A stretch of DNA of 64,000 nt from Neodothiora populina (taxonomy: Eukaryota), in the NCBI RefSeq assembly GCF_041146345.1, contig NW_027191405.1, forward strand, positions 1,674,001 through 1,738,000, read 5' to 3'. The notes under the pieces were generated by a model. That model saw nothing but the letters and a program-made list of their open reading frames with translations, was not told the DNA's origin and searched no databases. Below, in pieces: positions 1 to 12,559 of this stretch. Numbering within the stretch: the first letter of the stretch is position 1; every line of letters begins with the position of its first letter. The position numbers and the translations under genes were made by a program.

Positions 1-1553
1 ACGGCTCATGCATTTCAGACAATGTCCAAATCAAAAACTCAATCTACTCTAAGATCTTACAAGGAAACGCAGACTTTACCCGGAGAAAACGTACTGGTGC
101 GGAGTGGAGACTGCGTAACGGCGGACCGTGGCGGGCTGCGGGAGGGGGAAAGGGAAGAGGTACATCGCAAGCACAGAGACAGAGAGTTAGTGAATGAAAA
201 GAGAGTGGCTGGGAGAAAGGGAGAGGGATGAAACAAGAGGAGCCTCCCCCAAGCCTCCTCCTCGTAAGTGTGTCTCACCATAAACCCTCGAACACCAGGG
301 TGTAGCCGAGAAGTGACAAAGCAAGGCAGCAGGACAGGCAACCAACGGAGTAATGCCCTGGCCATGATGTCGATGACGTGGAGACTTGAGACCCCGAGCA
401 GGAACCAAGAGAAAAGAAAAGAGAAAAAGAAGGACACGGAAACACCATGAACTCCGTTCTCACAGCATAGCTGGCAAAACGCCGCGATCAGCAACATGAA
501 GCAAAGAAAGGCAAAGGGAAAACACAGTCATGCTTTCGTAATGGTCGTAACGGGGAGAGGCCTGTCTTTTCCCCACTCCCCATTTTCCAAAGACGGTTCT
601 CGAGAGGGACCGATTCGCTTTGTCGTGTCCTTCAACGGTCGTCGTTTCCAGAGCTCTTCTGAAAAGAGCAACAGCGGAGACAAATGAAAAGAAGAGAGAG
701 AGAAGGCAGAATTGCTAATCGCCAGAACTACCGAAAAAGCAAGAGGTAAAACGGCTGCCAGCACTACGAGAAACCACAATCCGCCGCCGTCGTCGCACCG
801 CCGCCCGCTTCACAAGAAAAACCCGTTATACGACGGTTTTTTTTGCTTGGTAAGTGCTGCGTTGCCTGGACTGCGTGCGAAGTGAAACACACGAAGCAAG
901 CCCCGTGACTGTAAATCAAAACCTGAGGGCGAATGAGCTCCTTCTGATCCGTACGGCGTTTCCGAGGCGCCTCGCGAATGTCTGCTGATCGTCCAAAGGA
1001 TACGGCAAAATGTCATCACTGAGGATATACACTGGTTTGGGTAGAAAAGAGAGGTGTTTGTGAAATCGCACCTTGTGTGCTTGAAATGAGAAAATGCTTT
1101 GCTCAACTAGGTCCGGAAGCTGCTGCTGACAGCATACATCAGTTCGATTCCTCAGCCTGATCTATAAGTACAATGGCAATCGTTATAACAACAGCGATGC
1201 CGCTATGTCCCAAGTATTTTTTGTCCATGATGACCCATTAATCCCAACGTGTACCCTGACATGATGATAAAGAAAAGTGAATTAAGAAGCTGCAAGTGAC
1301 GTGCAAAAAATAAGAGGTATTTGTGCATGAAAACTCGTAAGTTTGACGCCATCGAGCAGACTCAACGAAACAGGTAAAGATAAGGAAAGTCGAAAGGTCG
1401 AAAAGTCGAAAAAGAAAATATGCTGTGCGTTGACCGAAACGAAACGCCACGCTTAGAAGGCTGTTCACTCTAAGCCGTGATATAGTGCAAGATGGTATCG
1501 TAAATTGGAAAAGATGGAGAGCGCAAAGGGGAATATTAGTGATGCAAGAAGCT

Positions 1554-4049
1554 CTAGTTTGTTGTAGAGCTTCCAGCGGAAGAATCGGGGCTGAGACCTT
1601 CGGTGTTCTTCTTGACGTTCTTCTCAAAGTATTCTGGCCCGTGGTTCGAAAAAGTGTAGTTCTTTGGGCCGGAGTCTGTTGCTTTGCGAGGGGTAGAGGA
1701 CTGTTTGACATCCTGCGGGGGCGTATACTCATGTACGAAAAAGTCTGCCGCTGGTGTGGAATGCTTCGGGACCTGCGAATACACCATGGTACCAGGACTA
1801 GAGTTTGACGACGGAAGGAAGGGGTTCTGGGAGTTCGGGGGTGTGCCCTGATGCTGCATTGGCTGTGCAAAGGGTGGCATGACAGGATAGCCCATGTGTA
1901 CCTCACCAGTGTTGGTCATGATATAAGACATGGGCATTTCCATCATGGCACCAGGCATCGCTTGCTGCTGACCCGGAAAGACGACATTAGGCATCTGAGG
2001 ATATTCGTTGGACATCATGGACACGAAACCGTGGGGTTGTGACTGGAGCACAGGCACTGTCGACATGGGAGATTGCATGTGCGGGCCTTGGGGTGGGAAA
2101 GGGGCGGTGGAGAAGCATTGCTGGCTGGCTGGCGCTGACTGCGGAGGAGTATCATCGGTTGTGCTGTCGAGACGACCCCGAGTGAACTGAGCTGCATAGA
2201 TTGGAGTCGAGGGGGGAGAGAAATTGGCCGAAGGCATAGCGTGGCTCATCGCTTCACTGTCGGCGTCGCCACCGATGCTGGCGTGGCGTGCTTGGAGGTT
2301 GGCAAAGCTGGACGGTGACATGGGAGTCGGTGGCGCAAGACCTGCGCTGGATGCAGGAATCCCTGCAAAAGCGGGCGAGAAGGAAGAAACGCGACGAGCA
2401 TATCTGTTTGCATCGGCGAAAGTGACTCCCGAGGGGGAGCGCTGAGCCGAGCCAACGCTCTTCTGGATGCGCCCATTGGAGATGCCGTTCATCGTCTGTG
2501 AAGACTTGATACGGCGCAGGGACTGCCCACCGACTTGGTGCTTTTGACCATGGTTGGTCGGTGAAGTGGGCAACTGGCCGCCAAACGATGTGCTTCTAAG
2601 ACTGGCGCCACCCAATGGGGCGGGACGGGGTCGCTGACGTCGCGCAGCGATACTGACAGACGGTACAGCGGATCGTTGACCGGCCATGTTGAAGTTCTGC
2701 ATCGACCTAGTGATGTAAGAAGTGGACGAGTCTCGATGATCGCGTTGGAAGGCTTGATCCGCAGGAAACGTCAATGGTTGCTCGAAGAACTGATGGTGGG
2801 CCATGTGTTCATTGATAGCAGGCACGGACTGAGTGCGATTGCGCATGGCAGCTTGTTGGAACTCCTGCTGGAGAGCTACGAGATCGACAGGAATGGATTG
2901 TCCAGGCTGCCACGAAGCAGCAGTGACAGGCTGAGAAGCGACACTCTGCGTCGAGTGATTGGGCAGTGAGAAGTTGAGCGCATCAGCATCCTGGTGTGCC
3001 GGAGTAATGCTCACGCCCGGCGCAATGTTGTCAGAGCTGGCCGACAGGTTGCGAGCCTGGCTTGACTGAGGTGGTAGAGTGATGGCATCGGAATGGGTGA
3101 GAGCATTGGAGAGATACGAGTCGGTGCTCTGAGTTGCCTGCATGGGGACCGACGTTGCTGGCTCTGCACTATCGGTGCCAAAGTCGAAGTCGCAGAGATC
3201 TGGGAAGTCGTATTGACCGTAAAGATCGGATGGGTTGGTGATGGTCGCACTGACATTGCCCATGGATTGACCCGACGTTGTCTCGGCAAAGGGGTTGGCG
3301 TTTCCAAAGGCGTCGAATTGGGCCTGAGTAAGCGTGCGTCTGTTCTCCTCCTCGACGGCGTCGTTGACAGGATGCGCGTGTTGTGATCTCTGCTTCTGCA
3401 TGGTCATGCCAGACAGGTTGAGAGGCATTGAGAAGTTTGGCGTGATCATATGCGTTTGAGTCTCTGGCTGACTGTAGTTCATGGCATTCGCCATTGGGCC
3501 GTCCATCATAGCCGAATCGCGCATACCGCTGGATTCTGTGTTGTAGTGCAGCGGAGGGCAGTAGGTTGGTGACACATCCCCCGCGTTCATTTGATTCATT
3601 GATTGTGAGTAGCCGGTTTGGTTCTGGGCTTGCAAGAGATTGTACTGTCCAGCCTGCTTCTTCGCATCTTGCTTCGACTTGGCTCTGCGGTTCTGGAACC
3701 AGTTCTGTGCTATCTGTCAGAATACAACGAACGGACGAAACGATGGCTGGCAACAACATACATTGACCTTGTCTAGCGATACACCCAACACTTCAGCGAA
3801 GCGCTTCTTGGTATTTGTGTTAGGCTTTGACTGCTTCAGAAACTCGTTCTCCAGGACATCGTGCTGCTCTTTCGTCAATCGCGGCTTGACGTCGACGGCC
3901 AGACCTGCTAGGGTAGCAGCATTGTACGGCGGTAGATGGGGCATCTGGCTGGCATCGTAGACATGCGTGTCTCTCCTCATGAAATGCCGCGCCTGAAAGT
4001 CTCCGGCAAGGTCCCCTCCATTAAGGCCGGGGTAGTCGGCGAAGTCCAT
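1554..4049 (-). CDS. Homeobox transcription factor, probably HbxA/Hbx1/Htf1/Pah1-like developmental regulator; exons 4049-3762 and 3704-1554
   Basis: Splicing intron 3761-3705 (GTATGT...CTGAC...CAG) gives KPRLTKEQHDVLENEFLKQSKPNTNTKKRFAEVLGVSLDKVN/NWFQNRRAKSKQ, a homeodomain with the WFQNRR helix. Long Ser/Pro/Gln-rich C-terminus ending in a KNYTFSNH motif. The ATG directly follows TTAG, so an upstream exon is possible. Confidence 0.9.
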
Positions 4050-7000
4050 CTAAGCCGAATGGACAACAGCGTATGGTGCTGTTTGACGAAAGCCCGAGGG
4101 AGGCTGAGGGGTGTTTACAGAATACCTGTCTCGGTGCCTGGTACCCTGGGGGCCGGGTTTGGGGTGGACGGCGGTATTAAGAGGGTTCGCGAGACAGGAA
4201 ACAAGAGCTAAGACGGGTAGTTACGTTATGCAGCGCGCGGAAGTGGGCAAGACGTGTCGGGGGGCGCGCGCAGCACTTTAGGTCAAAGAGTGTCTCAGCT
4301 ATGACGGGAGGATCGACCCTAGTGCACCAGCCGAAGCAAAGTCTGGTCGGAGAGTGAAGAAGGGTTGCGTCTTGTATGGATGGAATGCCCGGTGGAGCGA
4401 GGTGAGGGTCAAAGGGTCCCGGATGGGTTTCCGTTGAGTCGAGTACGATCGATCTGCGATGACAGAAGGGAAAGCCACAGACAGTTGTATGTGGCGATGT
4501 GTGTTTGAGAATGAGGTGACTAGGGTATGAGATGGCGGATTTTGGGTTGAGAGGGGGAATTAAGCTAAGATATTTGGAACGAGTGACTGTGTGCTAGAGC
4601 GACGGTGGGTGTGCAATGGGAAAGGAAAAAAAAAGATTGAGTGACAAGACAAGTCTGGTCAAGCGTCAACAGAGTGGATGGAGAATTGCAAAGTTGAGTC
4701 GCCGACGAGGAGAGTTAAGAAAGATGGACGAGGGAGATGGCGGCGGGAGGGGCGGCAGCGGCAGTGAGCCAGTGAGCCAGACGAGCCAAAGAGCCAGACA
4801 GCCAGCAGACAGGGCAAAATAGAGGAGAAAGGACGATGGCGAGACAAGAAGAAGCGAATGTTGCGAGCGAGAAACAAGTGTGCCCTAGAGGTTGAGGAAG
4901 CGGAGAAAACAACATGCCTAATAATGCCTAACAAGAGACCAAGGGAAACCTAAGTGCAGGAGGAGATTAGAGCGACTTTGCATATCGGGCCTCGGGGAAG
5001 CCACGCTACAACCAGGGGCGCGTGCGTCCGTCGTTCTCCAGCAGCAGCAGCAGCAACAGAAGCAGAGGCAGAAGCAAGAGGCATCACCTGGGAAAAGGTA
5101 CCGTACCTACCTGGCAAGCAGCGGCAGCGGCTGCGGCAGCACAAGCAAAGCCAAAGGAACAGTACAAGCCAAAGCCCAAGCCCGAAGCACACCAGTTTCT
5201 GCTACTGGACGACCCAAGACCAGCGACCCATAGACAAGTTGATGGGTACAGAGTGATGCGCAGGGTCCGGTTCCACTGGTCTGTGTGGCCCGTATGGTCT
5301 GTGATCTGTGGGTCTGTGTCGACGTGTGACGGAAGCTAGACGATCGGTCCAAGCGAGCGAGCGATTCCTAGAGTGGTTAAGGTAAGTGCTCACCTTACTT
5401 TTGCCGGGCTCGTGCGCGCCCTCCTCTATCTCTAGCTCTCTCTGCCTCTCTACAACCGTGCATGGCCCGCCCGGGTTGTGGTCCTGTAGCGCCGCCATTA
5501 AGGCAAGGTGCCTCACCTCACCTTACTCGCTGTGGACTCGGCGTTGCGTTGCGGCGCGATGCGATGCGCCGCCCGGACCCTCCGTTAAGTTTTGAGCAAG
5601 CTCGATCTTGTCTCTTGTTCAATTGTCATATTTCTCCCCTCGCTGTATTTCTCCTTTCGATGAAAGCATAGAGTCATGGACCAAGACCTTCATTGAATTA
5701 AACCACCATACCGCGTTATCTAGCCCTTCAATCGGTCCCTGACAGGTCCAGACATTTGTCCCACCATCATGCATCCAGTGCTCGTGATGTTTCATTGACA
5801 CGAAATGATTTTCCTCCGAACCGAACGGAGCTAAGCCTGCCTTAACAGATGCGACCCAGGTAAGGTGTATGGTAGACCCTTTTTCCATTCTCCACCTTCA
5901 CCCAAACTGCACTGCTTAACAACTTCACCTTACACGGGCAGCATGTACTCGTACTGTACCGTACCATGATCTCTATGTCTCTGACTACAAAAATACGCCC
6001 GTATCGCTCCTTCTTGTCTTTGCTCATTACCGTCTCGCTTAGTACGAGTGCAGTTTCCGAGGGCGCCTGACACTGTGTCATCCGTTGGCGGTTACTCGGT
6101 TGTTGCTTGTCGCCCTATGGGACGCTTCCTCACCATCGCAACATAAAACCAACAATTTGTGGATCAGACGGTAACCGTTTCTCCAACTGCCATTTGCCAT
6201 GATAGCAACAAAGATGCTCTACTCTAGACTGTTTCTCGAGTTTTGTAATCATTGTTCATCCTCTCCGCTCAGCGTTCGAGACCACAACAGGGTGTAATTG
6301 TGGCCCATACAGTAGGATTATCTGACGCCTGCAGTCGACTCTGTGCCTTGCTTTTCGGCCTTTCCCCCTACCGAGTCTCACTCTGCTGACCGCCGTTCAC
6401 TCGCAAAGCCTGATGATAAGTGCTTATATGCATGCTTTGGTAGCTGACTGTGTGCTTGGTTTGCTGGCTGCTGCCGCCGCCACTGCTCACAATCCTTGTC
6501 GTATGCCACGCTGCCATTGGATCTAACATGCATGTACATGCAGATGCTCACGCTATCTACCATACCTTGCCTCTCTCCAAAAATATCTCTTCAGCCCGTC
6601 CCACGGCGCTCCTCCTGCTGCAGCTTTTCTGTATCGCGATGTAGCCATCGATGTACCGTATGACTAAAATCGTTCTTCGATCATCATTGCAACAGGGAAA
6701 AATACCCCCGCGTTTATGCTTGTTGCGACGAAATTGACATTGATACACGCCTCGTTTTTCTGCTTCCGACAAGCCACGAGGCGTACTTCCTCGCCGTCAG
6801 CTCGCACAAGTGCGACCCACGGCATCGGATTACTCCCAGAGCTAGTCCCTATTTCGCCATCGACGCTGTCTTCCCGTCTTTCAGACTAGCCTGTTCCTGC
6901 GAACTTGGCTCTGCATCCCCGTTGCGGGGAATACCCGTCACCGTGGTCAATGCTGCTGCCGACCAAATGATTCGACGCAATGTTTCCCCTCTTCCGCTTC

Positions 7001-10000
7001 GCAACCTTGCAACACGGAGGCTTTTCGTAGATGACAATTGATCGGCCTGATCCACTTTGGTCTTTTCTGTGTCACGCCTTTCTGCTGTGCGAAAGAGACA
7101 AGAGGGAGAAGAAAAAAGTCACGCTGCTGTATGAAACCTTCTACCCAACACTAAGGTAGCCTCGAAAGTGGAGAAATTAATGTCATGACGTTCTTGTCAG
7201 CCTGTTTTGGTTTGCGACTGCAAGAAATCGTGGGTGGTCTCCGCAGCAGTCTGCCGCGGCTCAATCTTGACACTTTGGATCGCCGGTGCTAAAGCCAGCT
7301 GAGGACGGAGTCCAGTACCGGGAGTCTTGCTTGCCTCGTACATGTATCTACCTCGAGACGCTGACATTGATATCTAATGGCCATGACAATGAACAATTGT
7401 TGGACCAATGGGACGAAACATCTTGCGGGCTCCCCCTTGCAGGGGGTTGAGGCATAGTAATCTCGCTCGTTATAGCCGCGCGCGCTCATACAAGATTAGA
7501 TACCGTTGTGGTACAGGGCCAGCTCACCCTTGCGAATGGTGCCAAGCCAGAGTTTTGCTTCCATGTACAGTACCTTACCAAACTTTTGCCTGACGTAGGA
7601 AATGTGTATTTCTGGGACCACGACATGCTCCTGTCATGTGTGCTGATCTCGGAGGGAGCGCCACGTTCTGGCTGCACCTGTAAGCGCTACTATCATGCGA
7701 CCGTGAAAGTATGAGCCAAATGACATTCCAAGCCTTTTTTCTAGACGAGAGTAGATATACTGTACGGAGACCAGGTCATTCACCTGACATCATGTTCAGC
7801 TTGCTCTACGAAGCTTCCAGAGCCATTGACTGTCTAGCACGAGTACAATGCAAAGCAAAAAGAACACCACCAATTCCAAGCAAGCATCAAGTCTAGAGCC
7901 TTGCTTAGAATCTGCTTATAACCGCTACAGAAAACACGCAAGCAGAGGACAAATGAAGATCACCACTCATGCATTCAACCATCCCAGAAACCACGCAGCA
8001 AAGCAAGATAATAACAAAAATAACTCTTCCTCCCTCCGATTCCCTGCCTCTACTTCTCTCTCGTCTTCCCGCACTTCTGTCTCCTCGTGATCGAGCAGGG
8101 ATTAAGTCTGGTAACTTGTATTGTACCTTACCTTACCTCCATGCAAGCTGGAGGTTTCTTGTCGTCTGCTTCCCTGTCGCTGTTGTCATCCCGCCACCGT
8201 TGACGTTGTAATTTTTGAGGTACTGTATGTACGGACTTTCCAGAGCGCAAGGTAAGGTAGGTACACATGACGTGTGAAGAGTGATTTTATTTGTTTCTGT
8301 CTGTCCCTTGCTTCGATACCCTAAGCTGATGTTTTGTTGTTGGCACTCTGTATAATTCGCCTGCGATTCGCCTGCGAAGTCATAGCGTTCTTCGCTTTCC
8401 ATCTACAGTATATTGTCTACTTAGCCGCAACTCTGTGAATGTCCAGATCAATGATTCCGATTACGTTACTGTATCCTACAGAAACAGGACAATACATGCC
8501 TAACCGACCCTGACGTTTGTTTCCAAGAAACCCGCTTCATGAAACGCAAATGCGACTCAACGACGACGACTCCAGCTAGCTGTCGTGGTATCTTTTCCTT
8601 CCTCGTTACTCCCAACCGTTGGTAGCTATAGCGATACAAAACCCGCCCGCTGTTATTATCGCATTCGTCGCTGTTACTATCACGCGTCCCAGGTCCGGTT
8701 TGTTTATCGCAGTCGTTGTTGTTACCTAGGAGAGACGACCGGCGGAAGCGCGGTTCGCTCGTTAGTGGGAGAGTTGGGTGATTAACCGGTAGGTAGGCAG
8801 GTAGGTGGAGGTTTGTTGTTTACCTTGATTAAACGTTGTTGAAAACGTGGATGTGATATGCTACTGTAAGGTACGGTTTCTTAGGTTGGCTAACACCCTT
8901 CTTTTCTATTTAATTTTTACTACCGATATGTTGTTCTTGTTGCTCGCAAGGTTTACTTGAATAGGATCACTAGGAATGTGCGTGTTCATGTTTCTTGTGC
9001 TGTCTCTTTTTCGAAAGTTATCGCGCATGCGCCCTGAGCTTGTTTAGCGGCGCGCAATACTCGCTTCGAGGAGCTCGATACCGTGGGCGTGCACATCTAA
9101 TTACGCTACTATACTATCTTACTACTTTAACTACTTTTCTTTTTCCTTCCTAGCTCCACTGACTCCTACTGATCTCTCGTCTGCGTGAGTTGTTCTTTGA
9201 TCTAAGTGAGGTGCCTGGGCTTTTATTCTTGAGGCTTACTTACCCTGCGCCTTTACTGGTCAATGTCCGTTATTTGCACTTTGCTTAGCCTTGGGGTAAT
9301 GATAAGCTGCGAGTGTAGTCGGTCGGTGTTTCACTCTGCTACAGCTTACTTACTGTTTCCCTTACTGCCTCATAATGCTGCTGCTTATCACCCCAGGCGA
9401 AACAGAGAATCAACAGTAAACAACTCACGCAAGTCGACGTTCAAAATTCGCAAGACCGTGACCCCCATGTATGTTCGAGTACGAGCATAAGGAACGGTCC
9501 GAGTTTCAAGGTCGGGTCCACAGACAGAAGATTACACGACAACCTGAGCTATTCGCATTGGTGACGAGCGCAAACGCTAAACGGTCATATTTTTTTTACC
9601 TTGCTCTTCTCTTCTATTCTCTGCTTTGCTTTGATTTCTGGTATGGCGAGTCTCAACTCGCTTTACTGTGCTCGCTTCTTGCTCGCTTTGCTCGGTCTCG
9701 CTTATACTATGCCTCGTGTATTTTTTCTCTCTTGATTTGAATCTATAATAAGGTGGTAAAAGAAGGCACAAAAGGCTCACAGGACCCGCAGCCGTTTTGT
9801 GCACGCCCATGGTTTCGAGTTTCTTATTTTGCATGTCCGTCACACACCGTCAGTCACAAGTGCCAACGTCTCTCTTTTCCTTTGTCGTCGTTACTTTGGA
9901 TCTCCACAAACCGCCATTGACGATCGGTGGATGGACTGTTGACGGTTTATTTCTTCTTCTTTTATGCCTGAATGATGTTGGCAAGCCAAGGCGACGAAGA

Positions 10001-10167
10001 CGGTACGGTTGCGCTGCAGTAGACGTGCGGTACGATTTGCTTTCCTCCTCCCGTGATGCTAATCCATGGTCCATCGTCGTTCCGTTTTTTGTTCTTGTGG
10101 TGGTCATGGATTGAGATTGAGGCTGAGTAGTAAGAAGCCGCAACGGAATGATGACAGTTTCATGTAA

Positions 10168-11722
10168 TCATGCTTTCACCAGCGCGTTGGAGATCTTGAT
10201 CTGGACTTGCGCAGCGTTGGCATCCCACCCCGCCAGAGTCACACTCCTCATGTCCTGAACGATCCAGTCGGCGCCGGCGTCGATGAGCTGTTGCACCTCG
10301 TGCGTGGTAGCCAGAGCAACGACCTTGAAACCCGCCGCTTTGCCCGCCCTGACGCCGGCCGGAGCGTCCTCCAGCACGAGGATCTTGTCGTCTGTCGCCT
10401 CGTCGTCCGCGTAGACGAAGCCGAGTTTCTTCGCTCCTAAGCGATAGCAGGCAGGGTCGGGTTTTCCACGGGCGACCAGTTCCGCCGTGACGAGATGCTC
10501 TGGTTGCGCAAGCGACATGACGTCCAGCCAACCACCGACCAGAGGCCGGGTGCCCGACGTTACAATCGCCCAGGGTGCGCCTACGCCCTCGAGCTTCGCC
10601 AGCAGATCGCGCGCCCCGGCTATCTCGACTGCATCCTGCCCGTACTTTTTGGGAATCGCACCTTCTGCGGCGCACACGTCTGGTGATCGATAACAAATGC
10701 TCGAATCAGTTCAAAGCGTCCTTTTGCCCGATAAGGGACAGTTGGCGAGCGTTTTGCTTGTCTCAGAGCTGTTGCAAAACGGGGTGAAACAAGTGTGTTG
10801 GGCTTCGCAGTGAGGAGGAGTGCAGGCAAAGAAAAGAAATAAGAAAAATGTAATCATGGACAGGTCAGATGAGTACCCACTGGTACGGTAGAGCCTCTCG
10901 ATTCTCGGCAACCGGCGGGTAAAAGAAATGGCCGGGGTCTCTTTGGAGGATGGGCAAAGTGAAACATTGTGACTCTTTAGTGCAGGCTTGCTTGCAGGAT
11001 GGGCAGATTGATAGAGAAAGGTAAGACGACGTACATTCCCAATTGGCCCGGCTCGGGTCGAGTATGCCCAGCACGTCAATGGAGCGTCTGCCATGAGACG
11101 TTGCCAGGATGACATTGTGATCCACGCCAATGTCCCTGCCTATCTGCTCCCAGAGCTTGACGATAGCAGCGGTGGAGTCGATGATGGTGCCATCCATGTC
11201 GAATAACTAAATGGGCGACGGGAAACCAAAGGCCCGTACACGTCAGCTTTTTGTTTTCTGCTATCTTTCATGTGCTTATCAGGCTTGCGGAGATGTGACA
11301 TTGCGCGATGCATGTGGGATTGATGGATCCATCACGCATGTGACCTTGATTGAATGGTTCATCCCGGTCCCTCGGATGATCCTCAGCAGAGATGCATAGA
11401 CCTCTGACTAACCATTGCGCAAGTGAGGAAGTGGAATACGACGCTCCTGCTCCTCATGTTTCCCAATCGCCGCCACTACGGCGAGACACGAACAACATCC
11501 AGACCCGCGGTAACAAGTCGTAGATCTTTTCTCTCTCTTTTCAATCTTTCCTCATGATCATCATCATCCCTCGCTTGCAGAATGGCAAAGAAGATCAAGA
11601 TACAAGAAGACGAAGACAAGGGCATGGCAAGCGAGAAGAAGAAACATGTATTCACGTACCAGTGCATTGAAAGTGCATATCTCGGCCGGAGCTGAGAAGT
11701 CGTAGCCCCCGAGCTGCGGCAT
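10168..11722 (-). CDS. HAD-superfamily phosphatase, glycerol-3-phosphate phosphatase (Gpp1/GppA-like); exons 11722-11660, 11206-11035, 10679-10168
   Basis: Spliced product MPQLGGYDFSAPAEICTFNAL/LFDMDGTIIDST (HAD motif I), SHGRRS, VTSGT (II), GKPDP (III), VLEDAPAG (IV). Two GT-AG introns of 453 and 355 nt keep the frame. Confidence 0.88.
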
Positions 11723-12559
11723 GATTGTGACGAGTATAATTTTCCGAGAAGTAGGATCTAGTCTTTGCAACTTCGTTTGTTAATCGTGACCGAGACGTCT
11801 GCTGCGGAGTGAAGGGGAATGCGGATGGTTGCTTGCTCTGGTAGATGTCTAACCCCAGAAGCGATTGGATGACAAGGTCTAAAGTCCGATAAACTCGTCC
11901 GATGATCTTGTTCAACAGAGATGAGATGAACCCACAAGAATCCAATGATGTTCTGACTAAGCCAGAAAACAAAAGGATAGATCACGTCTCCCGCAAGCAC
12001 TGCTACAGTATATGTACTTTCAGCGAGAAAAGCGACGTGGGAGTATGACTATTCTACTGTCCCAGGGAAAAAAAATGGTCGGCGGTCGGAGGTTATGTTT
12101 CCTGTTTCGGATGCTCCGCCTTTTCTGATACTTTGCTGTGTCGAGGTAAGGTACAGTACAATACGTGAGGGAGTTGTTTATTGTACGCTTTTAGATATTG
12201 CCAGAGGGGCAGGAATGAAATTCCTTCGAATCTTGCGGACAGAAGAAGGTTTCTCGCTGTATATTTTGTGCAGCGGTGGTGGTATCGCTAGATATGTCTA
12301 TTAGCATTGAGGGTGGTGATACATAATCTACTGTGAAAGTAGAAGTCAAGCCTGTGCTTCTCACTAGGACATTGATAGTTGTTCATATAGTGAAATTACT
12401 CATACATGCGCGGCCTGACACTTTTCGAGAGTCCCACACGGCACTTGCTCATGAGGATGGACTGGACAGATGGGTATCTTTGATCATTGTGTGAAAAATG
12501 TGTATATAGAAAGATGGGGCTTTTTTCCGTAATCGAACATGTAAAAAGGGCAAGAAACA

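Noticed and set aside
57..497. 146-aa minus-strand ORF at the window edge
   Set aside because: No recognisable domain. The pyrimidine-rich sequence with donor-like sites looks like the 5' leader of a gene outside the window, which cannot be resolved here.
1141..1160. GTTCGATTC, tRNA T-loop-like
   Set aside because: The flanks do not form a T-stem or a cloverleaf.
10700..10770. CUGAGA and GAACUGAU in a long intron, suggesting a fungal TPP riboswitch
   Set aside because: Lacks the AUACC P2 strand and the UAAU/GCG elements; the spacing is wrong.
11353..11416. Hammerhead-like fold on the minus strand (CUGAGGA between two hairpins)
   Set aside because: The core has GAAC rather than GAAA and no NUH triplet adjoining stem I, so it is not a canonical hammerhead; kept only as a generic structure.
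11505..11513. CCGCGGTAA match to the SSU rRNA 530 loop, suggesting an intronic C/D snoRNA guide
   Set aside because: Only 9 nt of complementarity and no CUGA box at the required distance.
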